Part shown: positions 58,923-64,000 of the stretch, in pieces
Numbering within the stretch: the first letter of the stretch is position 1
Layout of the letters: each line of letters begins with the position of its first letter
IMG/VR virus record: IMGVR_UViG_3300026549_001681
DNA from: an uncultured virus (IMG/VR IMGVR_UViG_3300026549_001681)
Lineage: Duplodnaviria; Heunggongvirae; Uroviricota; Caudoviricetes
Strand: one strand, 5' to 3'
DNA length: 64,000 nucleotides
The notes under the pieces: model-generated
The model's database searches: none
What the model saw: only the letters and a program-made list of their open reading frames with translations
What the model was told of the DNA's origin: nothing
Program-made: the position numbers and the translations under genes

Positions 58923-59219
58923 TCAACTTTTGCCGCGAGCCGAATTAAGCTCAACACTCAAATGGTCCATATTGAAAATCCTTGTATCACCCTTGTTGAG
59001 CCAATCCCCAAACTCCTTAAAGGCCGTTTTAGCAACATCTTGAGAAGTAAAAAAACCGACACGTTCGGGTTTGCCATCGTATTCGAACCCCAACGACCAA
59101 CAGTTGCCTAAAGCCTCACCCGGCTCGATCCGGTCAGCAGCCTTTTCAGGCGGCATAAGATATATTCTGTCAGCCTTATCAACATTCAATAATTGTCCGT
59201 GATAAAAAACAAAAGCCAT
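58923..59219 (-). CDS. Hypothetical protein, paralog of 53780
   Basis: Y.G..(L/V)N.D...G.F...WL...IF pattern. Confidence 0.7.
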   Translation of the reverse strand: MAFVFYHGQLLNVDKADRIYLMPPEKAADRIEPGEALGNCWSLGFEYDGKPERVGFFTSQDVAKTAFKEFGDWLNKGDTRIFNMDHLSVELNSARGKS

Positions 59220-59222
59220 ATT

Positions 59223-59747
59223 TTAAGACCTCCCTCTGTTACAGCACTGTTCCCAAAGAGAGCAAAGTTCACTGTATCGCATATCGCTGTTGTTTCCGTA
59301 AAAAGGCTTCTCATAGTCAAAGTCTTCATATCCACAAGCCTTGAGGTCAGAGATCATCTTTTCAGAGTTCTGTCTGCGATCGAACTTATCATCTGTCTGT
59401 TCCAATTCTTTTAGTGTCAGGCCAAACTTGTCCAGATACTCTTGCGTGCAAGAACCGTCCTCGACATCAACTGTTACATAGAATTCCGCTATGTCACACA
59501 ACGTAGGATCATCTAACTCACTATCAGCACGCTCTGTCAGAAAGTTCTTGATCTTATCATCGGAATCCAATCTGGTGATTACCGCTTCAGAACTGTTGCT
59601 TCCGCCGAAAGGCCAGAAAGATACCCACGTCTCATCATCCAGTGTGAGCTGACGCCCGCGTGCGCTCATCTGACGCTGGATCTCTTCTCCCGTAAACAAC
59701 CAGCGGTATTCGTGTCCGTAGTGAGTCTGCATTACTCCGTAAACCAT
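59223..59747 (-). CDS. Hypothetical protein, C-terminus RGRS
   Basis: Start MVYG after GGAGG. Confidence 0.7.
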   Translation of the reverse strand: MVYGVMQTHYGHEYRWLFTGEEIQRQMSARGRQLTLDDETWVSFWPFGGSNSSEAVITRLDSDDKIKNFLTERADSELDDPTLCDIAEFYVTVDVEDGSCTQEYLDKFGLTLKELEQTDDKFDRRQNSEKMISDLKACGYEDFDYEKPFYGNNSDMRYSELCSLWEQCCNRGRS

Positions 59748-59761
59748 ATTCACCTCCAAAT

Positions 59762-59823
59762 AAAAAAGCCCCGTCAAAAACAGGGCAATAAAAAACGCAG
59801 AAACATCATCTCTGTCTCTGCGC
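59762..59823 (-). terminator. Tandem intrinsic terminators
   Basis: Same layout as 54580-54641 (hairpin-TTTTTATTGCC-hairpin-TTTTTTATTT). Confidence 0.7.
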
Positions 59824-59845
59824 TAAATCTTTAAGAAACATAGGG

Positions 59846-60052
59846 TTAACAGAACCTTGCAGCCATAGCTGCATTAGCATAAGCCATCTTTCTGAACCTT
59901 GTAATGTACTTATTAGCCTCGCCCTTGGTACTGCCTTCAAACTTCGGAAACGCATCGAAGCGATATTCTTCCATGGTGCGTATAAAATCAGCCTGCTTTT
60001 CTGTCATCGGCTCTTTCATCCAAGCCTTTGCGTCAACAACGAGTTCCGACAT
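59846..60052 (-). CDS. Hypothetical protein
   Basis: MTEKQ..FI...TKGEA..YI motif; AGGAGG RBS. Confidence 0.65.
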   Translation of the reverse strand: MSELVVDAKAWMKEPMTEKQADFIRTMEEYRFDAFPKFEGSTKGEANKYITRFRKMAYANAAMAARFC

Positions 60053-60079
60053 AACAACCTCCTGAATAACAGAGGTTTG

Positions 60080-60220
60080 CACACAAGGTTATTATCGCGA
60101 AAATATGTTCTTAACACAACAGTTGTGAGGTGTTTTTGAGAAAATTTGTTCGTCACAACCAAAACAGTCACAACGAATTTTGTGTTGTAACAACATTTGA
60201 CACAAACAGTTGTGACAACT
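60080..60220. repeat. CACAAC/GTTGTG motif cluster
   Basis: CACAACAGTTGTG, CACAAACAGTTGTG and further CACAAC copies. Confidence 0.75.
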
Positions 60221-60624
60221 CAATATATAAATCCGGCTCCTGCAAACATACCCGCACAAGTCAGGTCGAACACGACACGGAGATCGTCTAAAACATACGC
60301 CTTCTGATTGTGTTCAAGTCTCTGAAGCTCGTCTTGTCTAATCGTTGTCCAACGGTTCCTGGTTATCTCGGAACACTTATCCGTGTCAAGAGTAAAGAAA
60401 TGCACGGCAACGTCATTTATGGCGCTGCATATCATGTTGAAACCGGTATCCGCATCGATGCTTCCGTTGTCCCAGAGCCACAAAAACAGGACATTTATGA
60501 TCTGCTCTGCATAATCGTGAAACGGATCACGGGCACTGAGGTTAACGTATTGGGCACAACTCTCATACAACTTCTTTGTAAACGAGTCCGCCTTTGACAA
60601 AACTTCTGCATAATAGTCAGGCAT
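60220..60624 (-). CDS. Hypothetical protein
   Basis: 134 aa, AAAGGA RBS. Confidence 0.65.
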   Translation of the reverse strand: MPDYYAEVLSKADSFTKKLYESCAQYVNLSARDPFHDYAEQIINVLFLWLWDNGSIDADTGFNMICSAINDVAVHFFTLDTDKCSEITRNRWTTIRQDELQRLEHNQKAYVLDDLRVVFDLTCAGMFAGAGFIY

Positions 60625-60730
60625 AAGAATATCCTTTCACATTGGGGATAAGCGGGAGTTTTCGGGACGGTCACAACAACATTGTGTCAGACACAATCAT
60701 TACTCGCAACCCGCTATAACAAACAAATAA

Positions 60731-61024
60731 TCAACTTTCCGTAACTCCGGTAAGATCATCTTTTTTCAGTTGCTCCATAAAAGTCAGCTCGTAAAACTCG
60801 GTGCATCGCCACATCTTTACGACGCGTCCTGTATAAGCGTCAGGAGCGTCTCCGACAGCCGAGACTAACTTTTCCTTGGCAAGTTCTATCAAACGCAGAG
60901 AGACGGCATTACAGCCCGTATCAGCGTCGCAACCGCGTGCTTTCATTTCCTGACCTATCTGCATGGCAGATAACGGACCTTGCTCCTTTAACACGGTCAG
61001 AATGAGTTTGTCAAAATCAGACAT
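60731..61024 (-). CDS. Winged-helix DNA-binding protein
   Basis: IL.VLKEQGPLSA.QI..VS.RL.EL..LV..TGR. Confidence 0.65.
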   Translation of the reverse strand: MSDFDKLILTVLKEQGPLSAMQIGQEMKARGCDADTGCNAVSLRLIELAKEKLVSAVGDAPDAYTGRVVKMWRCTEFYELTFMEQLKKDDLTGVTES

Positions 61025-61037
61025 TGTAAGAACCTCC

Positions 61038-61130
61038 TTAGAAGCCGAAGATGAGTTTTACGCATCCGAATACCACAAGCGTCAAACCTAAAGCCAGTAA
61101 AACGAGCATTGTCATAGTTCTTTTGCTCAT
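61038..61130 (-). CDS. 30-aa membrane peptide
   Basis: MSKRTMTMLVLLALGLTLVVFGCVKLIFGF, AGGAG RBS. Confidence 0.5.
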   Translation of the reverse strand: MSKRTMTMLVLLALGLTLVVFGCVKLIFGF

Positions 61131-61332
61131 GACAAGGTCTCCTTAAACTTTGTGGCCGAGCGGACACTTGCCCGCCTGAATGGCGCGAAGGCAAGGAAGC
61201 TGCATCTCGGTACAAATGGACAATCCGCCCAAGACCTGATGTTTCGGGCAATGCTTTACGGCATCGTTTACTATATAGCGCTGATCCCGTCTGGTGATCT
61301 TGCCGAGTTCCGGATTTTCAGGAATAGTCATA

Positions 61333-61839
61333 TCAGTTACCTCCTCTGCCAAGCGTTTCCCTTATAGCAGCTTCAAGGGCTCCGTCTGTTAAGAGCTTGT
61401 CAGATGTAAAACGCGGAGTATGAACACCGCTGCCACTCTCATGAATGAAAGTTATCCAAACATTAGCACCATTACACTCCGGCACGAAGTTATCGGGATA
61501 GCCATGCTCCGTAAGGCTCTCTTCGTCGACTCGAAATCCGACGAGTTTTGTAGCAGGATCCATAATCATAGAATAAAAGCGATCATCACGGTCAATATCA
61601 GAAAACTCTCCGTCACCAATATAGTCAAGGCCTGCGTCAAGGCATCGGTACATGACATGGTCCTGCCATTGTCCGGAAAGTTCACCGTTTTTGTGAGTGA
61701 ACTCGTCACGTCCCTGAGACTCAACCTCAAGATAATTACCGTCCGCAGTCTGAAAGATCAGGTGATCCAAGCAAGTAGGAAAGACGTCGTCTTTTTGTAC
61801 CGTGATGTTAGTTTTAAGTGAATAATCTACATTTCCCAT
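61333..61839 (-). CDS. Hypothetical protein, C-terminus LGRGGN
   Basis: Start MGNVD after GGAGG. Confidence 0.7.
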   Translation of the reverse strand: MGNVDYSLKTNITVQKDDVFPTCLDHLIFQTADGNYLEVESQGRDEFTHKNGELSGQWQDHVMYRCLDAGLDYIGDGEFSDIDRDDRFYSMIMDPATKLVGFRVDEESLTEHGYPDNFVPECNGANVWITFIHESGSGVHTPRFTSDKLLTDGALEAAIRETLGRGGN

Positions 61840-61870
61840 AGTAATTACCTCCAAATACAAGTGATTTTCC

Positions 61871-62437
61871 TTAATTATTTACCACACCGCCTCGGAAATG
61901 TTTGGCCAAAATTCTGATGATGTCGTAATATTCCCGGACACCCTCACCGGAACGCATTAGGTCATTAAGAGCTGTTACGACGGCGCCGGTCTTCTCGGTC
62001 ATAATCTCGCAGTAAACGGACAAAACCTCGTTAAGAGTGCTTGCCACGTCTTTCTTAACTTTGACAGAACCCGAAGCATACTCCTTCCAGTATCTAACTG
62101 CGATATGGTCAGGCTTAAGAGTTGCAAGCGCGGAAAAGATCGGATCAGCTTCGGTAGTACCGTCAGCCTTGATATCCGTAGCCTTATCAACGAGTTCGAA
62201 TACTTTGTCATAATTCTTCTCATGCTCAGCAAGCTCAAAGTAGACATAATACATAGCGGCTAACATCAAGCACTTAGCTGCATTTTCCCAGAAAGGATCA
62301 ACTTTGTATTGGTCATCCATGCCGTGATCTTCACCGTATGAATGAACCATTTCAAAAGCTACACCGACCTCGGTCTCGATATCTCTTTGGACTTCGTTCT
62401 GTCTTACGAGTGCAAACGGGTTATAGTTACATTTCAT
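61871..62437 (-). CDS. Stand-alone VirD4 all-alpha-domain paralog
   Basis: Aligns by eye to this element's VirD4 from YNPF to KKDVASTLN; no TM helices or Walker motifs; GGAGG RBS. Confidence 0.85.
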   Translation of the reverse strand: MKCNYNPFALVRQNEVQRDIETEVGVAFEMVHSYGEDHGMDDQYKVDPFWENAAKCLMLAAMYYVYFELAEHEKNYDKVFELVDKATDIKADGTTEADPIFSALATLKPDHIAVRYWKEYASGSVKVKKDVASTLNEVLSVYCEIMTEKTGAVVTALNDLMRSGEGVREYYDIIRILAKHFRGGVVNN

Positions 62438-62460
62438 TTTGGAAACCTCCTTATGGTTTG

Positions 62461-62901
62461 TCATTCTTCCAGGTGCCAGATACCGTAGTCGATCTCATCT
62501 TGCACTTCCTGATTAGTCTTATTTCCACCTTTCTTGCGGTTACAGCGCCAGCAAAGGCACTGAAGGTTATCTATGTCATTACCGCTCCCGCCACGCTTTA
62601 CAGAGCGAATATGGTCTGCTTCCAAGAGCAGATAGTCGCCCAGGCCCGGACAGAGATCTTCCAGGAAGTCCCTGGAGATACCGCAGATCTGGCATGTGTA
62701 ATTGTCTCTTTCAAAGACCGCCTCTTTGTCGGAACTCCGAATGTATCGTCTCTGTGAGAGCTCTCGCTGTTTTTGTTTTTGTCTCCGTATGCTTCTTCTG
62801 AGCCATTTATACCGGAAGAAGATGACAAGCAAAGCAACGGCAACAATTACAAGAAGCAAGGCCTTAATTTTCGGATGTGAAGTCAATCTGTCTAAACTCA
62901 T
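62461..62901 (-). CDS. Membrane-anchored HNH endonuclease
   Basis: N-terminal TM helix; RDNYTCQICG, DHI..GG.N.DNLQCLCWRCN..K. Confidence 0.85.
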   Translation of the reverse strand: MSLDRLTSHPKIKALLLVIVAVALLVIFFRYKWLRRSIRRQKQKQRELSQRRYIRSSDKEAVFERDNYTCQICGISRDFLEDLCPGLGDYLLLEADHIRSVKRGGSGNDIDNLQCLCWRCNRKKGGNKTNQEVQDEIDYGIWHLEE

Positions 62902-63692
62902 AGGCTATGATTCGACCACCAGGGCTTTTTACCGTGTAGATGCTTTGAGATGTAATATGCACCTGACACAATACTGTCATCATCTGTAAGACCGTATTGA
63001 GAGAATAAAGTCAGAACCAGCTCCTCCAGAGGCCGCTTTTCGGGATGGTATTTGGCATCGTAAGCGTCATTTTCGATCCAATGGATCGCAGTTGGATCCT
63101 TTCTGACCGCAATCATTGCTTGGCAGACCTCGTAGAGCTCAGAGTGTTTGAAGAACCGTTCTTGACAACAACGGCTTATTTCTTTAACTAAACCTTCCGG
63201 CATAGTAAAATTCTCCAAAGCAGAGTCTTCTGGTGTCTTTTCAGCCTCTTCGGGTTCGATCTCATCAAAAGGAACAGGACCTTTCGGATACTCTTCCGTT
63301 TCAAAATAAGTGTCTTTTTTGCGTCTGCGGTACGCACCGTAATAATTGCCGAGGAATTCGTTGTATTTGACAAAGTAATAAGCAAGCTGTGGAGCCTTGT
63401 CAAAAACTTCGTCAATCAAATCTGACCAATAAGGAACACCGTGAAGCGTGCTTTCGTAGGAGAAAGAGAAACGTTCCGGATATTTGGCATACTCATTCTT
63501 GTTATTTGCATCTATGAAATCGCGAATAAACGACATAGAAGATTTTAACCCTTCATAAACTATGTCCTCATAATGAGTAACATGGCTGGTACCGGCTTGA
63601 CCGATAGCTATTTGTTCAGTTTCTGATGAAGGCTGCGTGGCGTCTGGCAATGTATCAGAGTTCATCTTGTTTCGTTTCGAATGATTAAACAT
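62898..63692 (-). CDS. Hypothetical protein
   Basis: 264 aa, GAGGAG RBS. Confidence 0.7.
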   Translation of the reverse strand: MFNHSKRNKMNSDTLPDATQPSSETEQIAIGQAGTSHVTHYEDIVYEGLKSSMSFIRDFIDANNKNEYAKYPERFSFSYESTLHGVPYWSDLIDEVFDKAPQLAYYFVKYNEFLGNYYGAYRRRKKDTYFETEEYPKGPVPFDEIEPEEAEKTPEDSALENFTMPEGLVKEISRCCQERFFKHSELYEVCQAMIAVRKDPTAIHWIENDAYDAKYHPEKRPLEELVLTLFSQYGLTDDDSIVSGAYYISKHLHGKKPWWSNHSL

Positions 63693-63716
63693 TGTATCTC
63701 CTCTCTTATCAAGAAG

Positions 63717-64000
63717 TTAAGTCTTTTTGTATTCGTTCTCAAGGCACTTAAGCAGGTACGAATCCAGGTTCTTTATCTTGTCTTTGGACAAAGTCAACGC
63801 TTTATGCTGCACAGCATTAAAAGTAAGCGCTCTTTCGTCCAAGTCGTCATACGGATAGTAAACTTGTGATGCTGCATCGAAAGCAACTATACCTCTGTCT
63901 GTAACACGCTCATCAGCATATTTCCTATAACGGTCTATGACTTCTCTGTGTTCGACATAAAAAGAGCAGATCTCGTCGTAATCGACAATGTCTTCTTTTT
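63717..64000 (-). CDS. Partial hypothetical protein (5' end outside the window)
   Basis: Open frame near the window edge ending LENEYKKT*. Confidence 0.5.
   Translation of the reverse strand, partial: KEDIVDYDEICSFYVEHREVIDRYRKYADERVTDRGIVAFDAASQVYYPYDDLDERALTFNAVQHKALTLSKDKIKNLDSYLLKCLENEYKKT

Larger units (their letters stand above)
164..64000 (-). mobile_element. Large integrative conjugative element; distal end beyond the window
   Basis: Tyrosine integrase abutting the tRNA 3' end, plus VirB4, VirD4, PrgI, VirB6-like and relaxase genes; one gene orientation throughout; no host housekeeping operons recognised. Confidence 0.9.

Noticed and set aside
58455..59240. GR tails explained only by overlap with the next gene's GGAGG RBS
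   Set aside because: Plausible for 4043, 58455 and 59223 (ggg agg), but most tails use non-SD codons and many have a separate RBS after the stop
164..64000. Prophage
   Set aside because: No capsid, portal, terminase or tail genes recognised; a conjugation gene set is present

Overview
This window is one end of a large (>63 kb) integrative conjugative element (ICE) from a probable Clostridia/Bacillota host, integrated at the 3' end of tRNA-Arg(CCT) at 87-163. The other end lies outside the window. Nearly all genes are on the minus strand. From the tRNA inward it encodes a tyrosine integrase, small accessory genes, an XRE repressor, one divergent RHH gene and an element-encoded sigma-70 factor. 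A Gram-positive T4SS block follows (lysozyme-domain protein, VirB4, PrgI, VirB6-like, pilin-like, VirD4, MOBP relaxase), then membrane/lipoprotein genes, a sortase and a ~3000-aa S8/VaFE adhesin. The last ~21 kb holds small modular genes, including a HipA/CtkA-like kinase, NADAR, a peptidase, a Xer-like recombinase with a dif-like site, an HTH-coiled-coil protein and HNH proteins. Three unexplained signals stand out. (1) About 22 unrelated cytoplasmic proteins, including the relaxase, end in a Gly-Arg tail that is absent from the machinery proteins, and the element carries a stand-alone copy of the VirD4 all-alpha domain. Together these suggest a tagged protein-delivery system (inference). (2) A 20-bp box, short-spacer promoter and immediate hairpin/terminator module occurs five times. 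(3) Dispersed CACAAC arrays resemble a centromere. All family calls come from motif recognition by eye; no searches were run.
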